NCBI GenBank assembly: GCA_965228485.1
Contig: OZ245819.1
Location: 960,001-992,000 of the forward strand
Direction of reading: 5' to 3'
Length of the DNA stretch: 32,000 nucleotides
From: Candidatus Saccharimonadota bacterium
Lineage (GTDB): Bacteria; Patescibacteriota; Gracilibacteria; UBA4473
Under the pieces are notes generated by a model. That model was not told where the DNA came from and did no database searches. It worked only from the letters and a program-made list of their open reading frames with translations. Every line of letters begins with the position of its first letter. Positions within the stretch are counted from its first letter, which is position 1. Made by a program: the position numbers and the translations under genes. Below, one piece after another: positions 8,560-16,978 of this stretch.

Positions 8560-10227
8560 TTATATAGATAGATTTAAGTCTACTAGTTTGAGTTGTAGTT
8601 TTTTTTCTCCTTTGAATGCATTAATCGCAATGGTAAAAAAGATATTAATTTCCATTTCTGGCATAAGAATTTCTTTCAGTTCGGGTTTGAAAAAAGCAAT
8701 AACTTCAAATACTCCATAGCTATCTTCAAAGGTAATTTTGTGATGTTGGTTGGTGCTGCCTAAAGGTTGGATTTCTAGTACTCGAGCGTTTTTTATTTCG
8801 AATATTGGTTCAGGGTTTCCGATGCCAAATGGTTTTAATGGTTCAATAAAATGAGCTAATTCTAAGCTTAAAACTTCAGAAGTGATGATGACATCGCTGG
8901 CAAGTTCTTTAGGACCTAAGGGATTTTTTACTGCATATGCGCTTAAAGCCTTTTCAAGTTTTGGAATTTGATCTTCTTCTATACTAAAGCCTGCAGCACC
9001 ACTATGTCCTCCAATACGTTCAAATATTTCTCCAGCACTTCTCAGCATCTCAATGGCAGAAATTCCCTCTGGACTACGAGCGGAAAAGTTCCAAAAATTC
9101 TCTGTAGATTTTGTCCCAACGAAACTCGGTTTGTGAAATTTTTCACTTAATCGTGAGGCTACGAGGCCTACAATCCCTGTTTCCCATGTGTCATTTTTTA
9201 CGAGGATAAATGGTGGCTCATTATCCATTTTTTCAAGTGCTTCAGTGGTTATATCTTCGGTTCGTTGTTTTCTTTTGTTGTTGAGATTATTTAGAAAATC
9301 AATGCGTTCCACATGTTGCTGTTTGGCTAGAAAGAAGTCGAGAGAATGCTGTGCGGTGCTGAGTCTTGAAGCCGCATTTAATCTTGGTGCAATATTAAAG
9401 CTAATAGATTGTTCATCTATAAATTCTTGTGTTTCGAGTATGATCTTTAGGCTATCCCATTGTGAAGATTTCAGTTTTTCAATCCCCAGTTTTACTATGG
9501 TTCTGCTTTCCCCTTTTAGGGGGACGCAGTCGGCAATTAAACCAATAGCGGCTAGCTCTAAATATTTTTCTAAAAAGCCTTTTTGTGATTCTTGAGGAAG
9601 ATTTTTTTGTGCCATTGCTTGAATGAGCTTGAAGGCTATTCCTGCTCCAGAAAGTGTCTTATCTGGGTATGTGCAGTGTGTTTGGAGTGGATTTATTACT
9701 TGATGAGCACGGGTTTTTTTAGCAGGGTCTGGTAAATGATGATCAGTAATGATAACATTGATTTCTTTTGATAGTGCATATTCAACGACTTCTTTATCAT
9801 TGATACCGCAATCACAGGTAAGGATGAGTTTACTCCCTGTTTGTGCAATTTCATCGATTATTTCATGATGTAGTCCATGAGAGTGTTTTACTCGGTCAGG
9901 GATTCTTGTAGAGACCTTGCCTCCAAGTGTTTTTAATGCGTCAGCAAGAATAGCTGTTGAGGTGATTCCGTCAGTATCAAAATCGCCGTACACAATAATA
10001 CGGTTCTTATTTTCAATGTGAGTGTTGATGTGTTCAACGGCTTCTGTCATATCCGCCATTAGCGCAGGGTCGTGTAAGTTTTCTAATGATGGAGAGAAAA
10101 AAACTTCCCTTTCTTCTTCGTTTGCAAGATTAATACTACTAAAAAGTATTGATTCTAATGCTTTTATATCAAATGCATTTGGTCCAGATTTAAATATCTT
10201 TTTGGAGAAAGCCATTTGCTTGTTCAT
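8560..10227 (-). CDS. recJ: Single-stranded-DNA-specific exonuclease RecJ
   Basis: DHH-family motifs YGDFDTDGITS, TCDCG and ITDHH, plus the DHHA1 GGHSGAAG motif. Length 555 aa. Confidence 0.9.
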   Translation of the reverse strand: MNKQMAFSKKIFKSGPNAFDIKALESILFSSINLANEEEREVFFSPSLENLHDPALMADMTEAVEHINTHIENKNRIIVYGDFDTDGITSTAILADALKTLGGKVSTRIPDRVKHSHGLHHEIIDEIAQTGSKLILTCDCGINDKEVVEYALSKEINVIITDHHLPDPAKKTRAHQVINPLQTHCTYPDKTLSGAGIAFKLIQAMAQKNLPQESQKGFLEKYLELAAIGLIADCVPLKGESRTIVKLGIEKLKSSQWDSLKIILETQEFIDEQSISFNIAPRLNAASRLSTAQHSLDFFLAKQQHVERIDFLNNLNNKRKQRTEDITTEALEKMDNEPPFILVKNDTWETGIVGLVASRLSEKFHKPSFVGTKSTENFWNFSARSPEGISAIEMLRSAGEIFERIGGHSGAAGFSIEEDQIPKLEKALSAYAVKNPLGPKELASDVIITSEVLSLELAHFIEPLKPFGIGNPEPIFEIKNARVLEIQPLGSTNQHHKITFEDSYGVFEVIAFFKPELKEILMPEMEINIFFTIAINAFKGEKKLQLKLVDLNLSI

Positions 10228-10270
10228 GATAAAAATGGTAGATATTTTCCGTTATTTTGGAAGATTATTT

Positions 10271-11167
10271 ATGCAGGTTTTAGTTTATGATTTTCGTTGG
10301 GAATCAACTGATATCTTTGAATTTCAGGCGTCTAAAAGCGGGAGATTCGGCACGAAGCCTTTACAGGTGGGATCAGATATTTCATTGGCGGTTAAAAGTG
10401 AAGTTCGTTGCGCCGGTTCTCGTCGAGACGGTGATTTCCAACCGTGCCCGAATAATGTTGTTGGAAGAAAAAAATGTGAAACTTGTAGAGCTAGAGAAGG
10501 CTCTTTTGTGATTACCTCGTTTGATGGTTTTAATTCAAGCATCTTTACTCCTGAAGATTTAGCTCGTTTGGATGGAGATCATGTAGTATACTTAGCTCTT
10601 TTTAATAAAGATCTTATTAAGGTTGGAGTTTCAAAACTTGAACGGAAAGCTTTAAGACAGGTTGAACAAGGAAGTCACTTTACGCTTTATATTGCTCAGA
10701 CTACGGATGGAATTTTGGCTCGTCAGATAGAAACTTTGTTTCGTCAACATGGGTTGGCGGATAAAATCCCTGCCAGTAGTAAAAAAGATTTTTTATGTCC
10801 AGAAATAACTTTAGATACAGGAGAATCACTCCTTAGAGAAATTTTTGAAGCCAATAAAAAGTGCTTAAATCATCAACCACATTTGGCGGACTTTCTGCTT
10901 CATAATCCAGAGTTTTCAGCCTGGGACTCCGTTTATAGAACGAGTTATATTGATGAAAGCCCTAAGAGTTTTCATACTGTTTCACTAAAAGATGATGAGT
11001 GGGTTTCAGGAAGAATTGTAGCCTGCAAAGGTCCGTTTCTGGTTATTGAAACTCCTGATGAATTGGTATCGCTTTGTGCTAAAGATTTATTGGGAAGAGA
11101 GGTAGAATTTGATCCATTACCGCCTGGACTAGGCTTGAATTCAGCTTTCCAAAGCGCTTTATTTTAA
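10271..11167 (+). CDS. DUF2797-like Cys-cluster protein of unknown function
   Basis: CAGSRRDGDFQPCPNNVVGRKKCETC followed by VVYLALFNKDLIKVGVS resembles my memory of DUF2797. The ORF track start (10022) overlaps recJ and was trimmed to ATG 10271 (alternative ATG 10235). Confidence 0.5.
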   Translation: MQVLVYDFRWESTDIFEFQASKSGRFGTKPLQVGSDISLAVKSEVRCAGSRRDGDFQPCPNNVVGRKKCETCRAREGSFVITSFDGFNSSIFTPEDLARLDGDHVVYLALFNKDLIKVGVSKLERKALRQVEQGSHFTLYIAQTTDGILARQIETLFRQHGLADKIPASSKKDFLCPEITLDTGESLLREIFEANKKCLNHQPHLADFLLHNPEFSAWDSVYRTSYIDESPKSFHTVSLKDDEWVSGRIVACKGPFLVIETPDELVSLCAKDLLGREVEFDPLPPGLGLNSAFQSALF

Positions 11168-11179
11168 TATGGTTAGAGT

Positions 11180-12112
11180 ATGAAATTAGTGGAGGTGAAT
11201 TTTGATGGACGTCGTAAAACGAGAGAAGTTTCTCGTAATACTTTGGCAAAAGAGTTTAGCATGCCACCTCGGGATTTAAGACCTATTTTTTCACTAAGCC
11301 AGGTAGCTACTATTTTTTCAAGAGGAAATGGAGTGGTGATGAATCTAGGGTTTGTAAAGTTATTAATTGGTGCTGATAAAGTGTTGGTTTCTAACCTTGA
11401 TAATGATGAAATTGAAGGAATATTTCTTCCTGGGCTTATTAAGCGAATAAAAGAAAGTACAGGAAAGGAGTCCTTTGAGTTGGTAGTTTTTGATTATGCT
11501 CTTAATCACAAAGTGAACAAAATGCGTTCGGTGATTGAAGATTTGGAGAAGCATGTGAGTCGTCTTTTGAAAAAAATTAGTGGAGAAAGAATCCAGGATA
11601 AAACTTTTGAAGATCTCTTGAGATTAAAAAAGAAAATTTCAAAATTTGAGATTATTGTAAAGGAGAATGAAGGGGCGGCTTTGGAAGTCTTGGAAGATGA
11701 TGAAGAATTAAGAGAACTTTGCCTGTCTGACAAAAATAAGCGGTCCAAGAAAATGATTGAAGAAACAGTTGATGAGGTTGAATCTGTACTAGACTCTTTT
11801 GCTGAACAATTAGAAGAAATGTCTTATAAGATTGGAGAATTCAAAGAAAATATCGACGATACACAAGAAGTTTTAACGCTAAAGATGAATTCTCGTCGAA
11901 ATACGATTATTCGGTTTGATTTGATTGCAACTTTGGTGACAGCTTTGTTCTCTCTTATGGCGGTTATTACCGGACTTTATGGAATGAATATAAAAAATAA
12001 CTTGGAAGAGAACCATGAAGCATTTTGGATCGTAGTTATGTTTTTAGGGGTGTCTTTATTTGTCTTTCTTTTTGTGTTAGCTACTTTTTTAAGACGAAAA
12101 AAGATTCTTTAG
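11180..12112 (+). CDS. corA: CorA/Mrs2-family magnesium channel
   Basis: GLYGMNIKN (GMN motif) lies between two C-terminal TM helices, with a long coiled-coil middle. The N-terminal PPRDLRPI resembles the Mrs2-type RDLR motif. Confidence 0.8.
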   Translation: MKLVEVNFDGRRKTREVSRNTLAKEFSMPPRDLRPIFSLSQVATIFSRGNGVVMNLGFVKLLIGADKVLVSNLDNDEIEGIFLPGLIKRIKESTGKESFELVVFDYALNHKVNKMRSVIEDLEKHVSRLLKKISGERIQDKTFEDLLRLKKKISKFEIIVKENEGAALEVLEDDEELRELCLSDKNKRSKKMIEETVDEVESVLDSFAEQLEEMSYKIGEFKENIDDTQEVLTLKMNSRRNTIIRFDLIATLVTALFSLMAVITGLYGMNIKNNLEENHEAFWIVVMFLGVSLFVFLFVLATFLRRKKIL

Positions 12113-12669
12113 TTTGATATTTCTTTTTCAAAAAAGAAGCTGCTTACTAAAAAACTAATGGCTGGTAGAGAAAACCATAATTGATAGTAATCAATCAGTA
12201 TTTGAGCTAGCAGCGATTGTTCATATATCTGGATTTCTCTTGCGAACATCATTCCTTCAACAAATGAGTTTCCAGATAGATAAATCAGTATTGTAGAGAG
12301 GAATAGCAAGGCTGACATGGCGGAGAATAGCGTATGAATTAAAAAGCGGATAGACCACTTCTCATGCTTGTCTAGAATTACATGAAATCCGCTTTTTACG
12401 GTGAAAAAGACCACCGCTAGAATGAAAAGGACAATTCTCATCCAGGTAAATACCAGAAGTTCGCTTTCTCCAACAATCTGTTGAAATCCAGGAGAGGGCT
12501 CAAGGATAAATCTTTGAATAACCCCAGCTATTCCATCGGCCGTTAAGATTGCAATATAGCTTGATAAAATCAGTTTAATAGTGCCATCTTGACCAAGCAG
12601 GAAGCTATAGGCAAAAAGCATCACAAAAGCCGATAAGATAACAAGATTCCAGGTAAGCGCGACTTCCAT
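12109..12669 (-). CDS. Hypothetical integral membrane protein (about 5 TM, possibly CvpA-like)
   Basis: Strongly hydrophobic 186-aa ORF, divergent from the PrgI-like gene. The CvpA resemblance is weak. Confidence 0.4.
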   Translation of the reverse strand: MEVALTWNLVILSAFVMLFAYSFLLGQDGTIKLILSSYIAILTADGIAGVIQRFILEPSPGFQQIVGESELLVFTWMRIVLFILAVVFFTVKSGFHVILDKHEKWSIRFLIHTLFSAMSALLFLSTILIYLSGNSFVEGMMFAREIQIYEQSLLAQILIDYYQLWFSLPAISFLVSSFFFEKEISN

Positions 12670-12677
12670 GCATTGTT

Positions 12678-12686
12678 AATTATTCA
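12678..12686 (-). promoter_or_regulatory. Extended -10 TGaATAATT, 8 nt upstream of the ATG at 12669
   Basis: The plus strand reads AATTATTCA at 12678-12686. Confidence 0.35.
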
Positions 12687-12736
12687 AGAATTTTGTTTTT
12701 GGGCAATTCAGAATTGGTTTTTCCTTGTATTGATAT

Positions 12737-12765
12737 TTGAAAAAATTGCTATTTTCTGGTATAAT
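12737..12765 (+). promoter_or_regulatory. Near-consensus sigma70 promoter TTGAAA-17-TGgTATAAT, ending 6 nt before the ATG at 12772
   Basis: -35 TTGAAA at 12737-12742, a 17-nt spacer, TG at 12757-12758 and TATAAT at 12760-12765. The predicted TSS coincides with the start codon. Confidence 0.65.
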
Positions 12766-12771
12766 TTGCCG

Positions 12772-13212
12772 ATGTCATTGCGATATAAGGTACCACAGAA
12801 TGTTCAACGTGAAGATCAGATTATCTGGTTTATCACGATGAAACAGCTGATAATTATCCTGGTCACAGGGGGGATTTCCTATATGTTTTATGTTCAATTA
12901 AGTAAACTTTACGTCCTGTCTGGGATTGAAATTTTCTTTATTTTTACCCCACTTATTATTGGTGTGGCGTTTGCTTTCTTAAAGATCAAAGGGATTTCTT
13001 TATTTAAATTTTGTCTCTTGATGATTGAGCAATCAATGTTTTTGCCGCCTCGTCGTTTTTGGCAGCCAAATACTCATACTTTTGTTTCTATGACCGAAAA
13101 TTTCTCTTTCAAAGAAAATAAAGAAGCTCCAGTTGAGATTCAGAAAGATGTTTCTCAAGAGAAAATAAAAAACCTGGCTAAGTTATTAGATGGCCAAACC
13201 GCTTCTTCGTAA
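12772..13212 (+). CDS. PrgI-like (VirB3-type) T4SS membrane protein
   Basis: N-terminus MSLRYKVPQNVQREDQIIWFITMKQL followed by two TM helices matches the PrgI-family pattern (y.vP..i..edki.g.lt.kQ). The ORF track start at 12673 lies upstream of the promoter and was trimmed. Confidence 0.6.
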   Translation: MSLRYKVPQNVQREDQIIWFITMKQLIIILVTGGISYMFYVQLSKLYVLSGIEIFFIFTPLIIGVAFAFLKIKGISLFKFCLLMIEQSMFLPPRRFWQPNTHTFVSMTENFSFKENKEAPVEIQKDVSQEKIKNLAKLLDGQTASS

Positions 13213-13221
13213 AATTTTATT

Positions 13222-13956
13222 ATGGCTAAAAAAGAAAAAGACACCGTAAAAAATAAAACCAAAAATAAATTGGTTTCCACTCAACGTTATTTGGAATTTT
13301 CGGGAGTGCATGATGATACGCTGATTCTAAAAAATGGAGGATTGCGTGGAGTTTTAGAAGTTAGTTCGGTGAACTTTAACCTTAAGTCTGATGAGGAACA
13401 AAATGCTATTATCTTTAGTTATCAACGATTCTTAAATTCTCTGAATTTCCCAGTTCAAATACTGGTAAAATCTCGAAAACTAGATGTTGATATTTACCTG
13501 GAGGGCTTGAAGGAAAAAATGCGTTATCAGCAGAATGAACTTCTAAAAAACCAGATGGCAGAATATATTGAATATGTTGCTAAACTGGTTGAGTTTGCAG
13601 ATATTATGGAGAAAAAGTTTTATGTTGTGGTGGCTCAAAATCCTTATCGAGCGGAGCAGACTTCCGCTTGGAAAAGTTTTTGGCAGAAAATCCATCCAGA
13701 TGACAAAGTAGAGCAAATTATTCAGCGTAAAAAAGAGTTCAAAGAGCTGAAAAGAGGTCTAGATGAACGAATTAATGTGGTAACAACAGGGCTTGAGAAT
13801 TGTGGGCTAAATGTTACGCAGCTTAGTACTCAGCAAATTATTGAGCTTTATTATCAGTGTTATAATCCGCAGCATTCTCGAAATCAAAAAATTCAAGCCA
13901 CTCAAGAGTATGTTCATGAGGGAAACCCTGAAGACAAGTTAATTGAAGACGAGTAA
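13222..13956 (+). CDS. VirB4 (PrgJ/TcpF/Orf16-type) N-terminal-region-like protein lacking any ATPase domain
   Basis: TQRYLEFSGVHDDTLILKNGGLRGVLEVSSVNFNLKSDEEQNAIIFSYQRFLNSLNFPVQILV resembles the pre-ATPase N-terminus of Gram-positive-type VirB4. There is no Walker A motif in the 244 aa. Confidence 0.5.
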   Translation: MAKKEKDTVKNKTKNKLVSTQRYLEFSGVHDDTLILKNGGLRGVLEVSSVNFNLKSDEEQNAIIFSYQRFLNSLNFPVQILVKSRKLDVDIYLEGLKEKMRYQQNELLKNQMAEYIEYVAKLVEFADIMEKKFYVVVAQNPYRAEQTSAWKSFWQKIHPDDKVEQIIQRKKEFKELKRGLDERINVVTTGLENCGLNVTQLSTQQIIELYYQCYNPQHSRNQKIQATQEYVHEGNPEDKLIEDE

Positions 13957-13957
13957 G

Positions 13958-14383
13958 ATGAAATTTTTAGTGAATTACGATGTTAAGCCGTGTTCATTTA
14001 AGTTTTTTAAACCACCAGAATATGATCGTTTTGAGAATGGTGGTGAATGGGGAGGAGATCGAAAAGCTAAAGCGCTTGAAAACTTGAAAGCTTTGGAATC
14101 TGATCCCAAACTTTTGGAGGATCGTCCTATAAGTAGAATTGTTCTTCCTCTCTTAAAGGGATTTATCAATGATCAACTTAATGAAGAGATAACGGATAAT
14201 CCAGAATTAAGAGATTTTTTTATTGAAAGGTTAGCGTTTAATGACTTAGTACACTTAAAGGCTGAGGTAAATCGAGTATTAGTTAAGCTTGTTACTCGGG
14301 AAGATTTTGATTTAGAAGTATCAAGCGAAGAAGAGATATTTGGTGGCTTTATTATTTGTTGGCTTGAGGATTTTCAATCTTAA
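13958..14383 (+). CDS. Hypothetical acidic 141-aa protein
   Basis: An ORF only. ATG 13958 sits 1 nt after the upstream stop (TAAgATG). The ORF track start, TTG 13943, is less likely. Confidence 0.4.
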   Translation: MKFLVNYDVKPCSFKFFKPPEYDRFENGGEWGGDRKAKALENLKALESDPKLLEDRPISRIVLPLLKGFINDQLNEEITDNPELRDFFIERLAFNDLVHLKAEVNRVLVKLVTREDFDLEVSSEEEIFGGFIICWLEDFQS

Positions 14384-16401
14384 AAGTAAACGGTCCCCTG
14401 GTTAATTCTTTTTTGTAATGCGGGGTGTTTTTGTAATGTTAAGTCTTCGCGAACAACTTCTTCGGCTGATTCTCGGGCCTTCTTCATGGTTTCAATATCG
14501 TTTAGATCTGCGCATTTTAAATCTGGAAGACCACTTTGTCGTAGGCCATAAACTTCTCCAGCACCTCGGAGCTTTAGATCTATTTCAGAGAGATAAAATC
14601 CATCGTTACTGCGCTCCATGGCTTGCAGTCGAGCTTTATTTTTATCGTCGGAAGAACCTACCATTAAAAAGCAGTAAGATTGCATGTCATTTCTTCCAAT
14701 TCTTCCACGAAATTGATGGAGTTGTGCGAGTCCAAATCTTTCAGAATTTTCTATACACATAACCGTTGAATTTGGGATGTCGACTCCTACTTCGATAACG
14801 GATGTTGAGACTAGTATATCAAACTCGTGGTCCTTAAAGGCAGCCATAATGACATCTTTTTCTTTTGATTTCATTTTCCCATGTAGGAATTGAACTCGAT
14901 GTTTTGGGAATATTTGTTCATTGATACGAACGAATTCATCGTGGACATTTTTGGCCTCGATTTTATCAGACTCATCTACCAGCGGGCAGACCCAGAATAT
15001 TTGTCTTCCTTTCTGAATCTGGTCATCGATAAATCGATAACAGAGGCTTTCGGTTTTGCTGTCGGCAACAATTCGAGTAATGATAGGTTTTCTTCCTGCA
15101 GGTTTTTCTTTAATAATGGATAAATCTTGGTCTCCGTAGATAGTTAATGCTAGGCTTCGGGGAATAGGGGTGGCGGTCATTGAGAGGGTGTGTGTATTTT
15201 GCCCTGATAAAACACTTCTTTGCTCCACTCCAAAACGATGTTGTTCATCGATCACAGCCAGTCCAAGGTTTTTGAATATAGTGTCTTCGGTGAGAATTGC
15301 GTGGGTTCCAACAATTATTTTTAAGCTTCCACTTTTGAGTTGTTCTTTTATTCGTGTTTTATTCTTAGCGGTTGTGGAACCAGTTAGTAGGTCGTAGTCT
15401 CCAACAGTGAAAATTCCAAATTTTATAAGAGAAGATAGATGCTGTTTAGCCAGTATTTCGGTCGGAGCAAGAATGGCAACTTGGAAGCCATTTCTAACCA
15501 TTTGCAGTACTGCTAGTAATCCCACAATAGTTTTTCCACTTCCAACATCTCCTTGTAGAAGTCGATGCATCGGTCGATCTTTTTCAAAATCTTGCAAAAC
15601 CTCAAGCAAGGCTTTCTTCTGGTCAGTGGTCAGCTCAAAAGGTAATTTTTTTAGATCTTCTTTAATTATTTCAGGATCAAAAATGATCTTATAGGGATTC
15701 AATTGAGTTTTCTCTCGAAGAATTTTTGTTTGTAGAACTCTTGTTTGAATCTCGAATATTTCTTCAAACCCTAATCGTCCCTTGGCCTGAATCCATTCGT
15801 CACTTGTTGATGGGAAATGGATATTTTTGATGGCTTGTTCTATTCCTATAAGGTTGTGAGCTTTTCTTACTGATTGAGGAAGAATGTCTTCAAATTCTCG
15901 AGTGAAACGCAGAAGAGGATGTACTTTCTCTCGTAGCCATTTAGAGGTTATTGGTGGAGATTCGGGATAGATGGGTCGAATGCCGCCAATGTGAACATTT
16001 TGTTCAAAGTGAATTTCAGGATTTTTTATCTGAATTTTTCCGTAGTTTCTTTCGGTTTTTCCTACTAAAAACATTCTTTTTGGGCATTGAATATTTTTGA
16101 GTTGGTAGGGGATTTGAAACCAAATGACTTCAATGAGGGTTCCATCATCGAGGATGAATTGACCTTTTCCTAGGTATTTCCCATTACGTGAACGCTCTTT
16201 TCGGAAGCCTTGAAGCCTTCCAGAGAGGGTATTTTTTTCTTTCAGAATAATCTGACTTGCTTCTGATTTAATTTCAGTTGCTTCTAGTGCTCTAGGAAAA
16301 AATTCTAAAAGATCTTTCACTGTAAAAATTCCCCAACTATTAAGTTTTTTGATATGACGAGCGGTAGTTGAGAGAACTTTTTCAATTTTTAGGTTGAGCA
16401 T
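14380..16401 (-). CDS. recG: ATP-dependent DNA helicase RecG
   Basis: Wedge/OB N-terminal domain, Walker A GDVGSGKT, DEQHRFG and QLHQFRGRIGR. Length 673 aa. Confidence 0.93.
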   Translation of the reverse strand: MLNLKIEKVLSTTARHIKKLNSWGIFTVKDLLEFFPRALEATEIKSEASQIILKEKNTLSGRLQGFRKERSRNGKYLGKGQFILDDGTLIEVIWFQIPYQLKNIQCPKRMFLVGKTERNYGKIQIKNPEIHFEQNVHIGGIRPIYPESPPITSKWLREKVHPLLRFTREFEDILPQSVRKAHNLIGIEQAIKNIHFPSTSDEWIQAKGRLGFEEIFEIQTRVLQTKILREKTQLNPYKIIFDPEIIKEDLKKLPFELTTDQKKALLEVLQDFEKDRPMHRLLQGDVGSGKTIVGLLAVLQMVRNGFQVAILAPTEILAKQHLSSLIKFGIFTVGDYDLLTGSTTAKNKTRIKEQLKSGSLKIIVGTHAILTEDTIFKNLGLAVIDEQHRFGVEQRSVLSGQNTHTLSMTATPIPRSLALTIYGDQDLSIIKEKPAGRKPIITRIVADSKTESLCYRFIDDQIQKGRQIFWVCPLVDESDKIEAKNVHDEFVRINEQIFPKHRVQFLHGKMKSKEKDVIMAAFKDHEFDILVSTSVIEVGVDIPNSTVMCIENSERFGLAQLHQFRGRIGRNDMQSYCFLMVGSSDDKNKARLQAMERSNDGFYLSEIDLKLRGAGEVYGLRQSGLPDLKCADLNDIETMKKARESAEEVVREDLTLQKHPALQKRINQGTVYF

Positions 16402-16455
16402 TGTTTCAAAACACTGTGAAAGTAGGTATTTTTAGAAAAAAATTTTGCAAAATAA

Positions 16456-16484
16456 TTGTTTTTACCTCAGAATTAAAGTATAAT
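16456..16484 (+). promoter_or_regulatory. Candidate promoter TTGTTT-17-TATAAT, with a leader of about 37-38 nt to the ATG at 16529
   Basis: TTGTTT lies at 16456-16461 and TATAAT at 16479-16484. Confidence 0.35.
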
Positions 16485-16528
16485 TATAAGAAATAAACAA
16501 AAAAATTAACGTTTATCTAACTCTCATC

Positions 16529-16903
16529 ATGAAAAAATTTATTGTTCCTGGTCTCGGTTTAATGGCCGCTGCAGCTTTCTTTGTTGACCCAGCGTTCGCT
16601 CAGTTGATTGATATCAACGATAATCCTACAGAAATTCAAAATGTAACGAATTCTGAAGGAAGTCTTCGACAAATGGCGCTTCGGTTTATTAATTTCTTCC
16701 TTTTCTTCCTAGGATTGGTTGCTACTGCTTTCGTTATCTACGGAGGTTTCCTCTACATTACTTCTCAAGGAGAAGATGGAAACGTGGAAAAAGCGAAAAA
16801 AATTCTTACATTCTCTGCTATTGGGATTCTAGTAGTGCTTGTTTCTTTTGCACTTATCAATACTTTCCTTTCTGCAGGTCTTGGAAATCGAGCGCTTACC
16901 TAG
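16529..16903 (+). CDS. T4SS-pilin-like (TrbC/VirB2-type) small two-TM protein
   Basis: Signal peptide MKKFIVPGLGLMAAAAFFVDPAFA|Q, then two TM helices separated by ITSQGEDGNVEKAKK. It is homologous to the core of the ORF at 18728-19285. Confidence 0.6.
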   Translation: MKKFIVPGLGLMAAAAFFVDPAFAQLIDINDNPTEIQNVTNSEGSLRQMALRFINFFLFFLGLVATAFVIYGGFLYITSQGEDGNVEKAKKILTFSAIGILVVLVSFALINTFLSAGLGNRALT

Positions 16904-16931
16904 TAAAAGGAACAACAACTTTAAAAAATAT

Positions 16932-16963
16932 AAAAGCCACTCTGATCAGAGTGGCTTTTTTTT
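16932..16963. terminator. Bidirectional rho-independent terminator
   Basis: AAAA-GCCACTC-TGATCA-GAGTGGC-TTTTTTTT lies between the convergent pilin-like and kinase genes. Confidence 0.8.
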
Positions 16964-16978
16964 ATCTTGAATTCTTTT

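Noticed and set aside
10022-10270. N-terminal 83 codons of the ORF-track entry 10022..11167
   Set aside because: They overlap the recJ 5' coding region on the opposite strand and encode low-complexity, shadow-like sequence. In-frame ATGs at 10235 and 10271 lie in the intergenic gap.
12755-12765. Identical 11-mer TCTGGTATAAT at 12755-12765 and 31638-31648, considered as a specific shared regulatory motif
   Set aside because: An 11-nt identity is expected many times by chance in 32 kb of AT-rich DNA. Both copies are adequately explained as extended -10 promoter elements.
12673-12771. N-terminal 33 codons of the ORF-track entry 12673..13212
   Set aside because: This stretch contains the TTGAAA-17-TATAAT promoter itself, and the PrgI-type N-terminus begins at ATG 12772.
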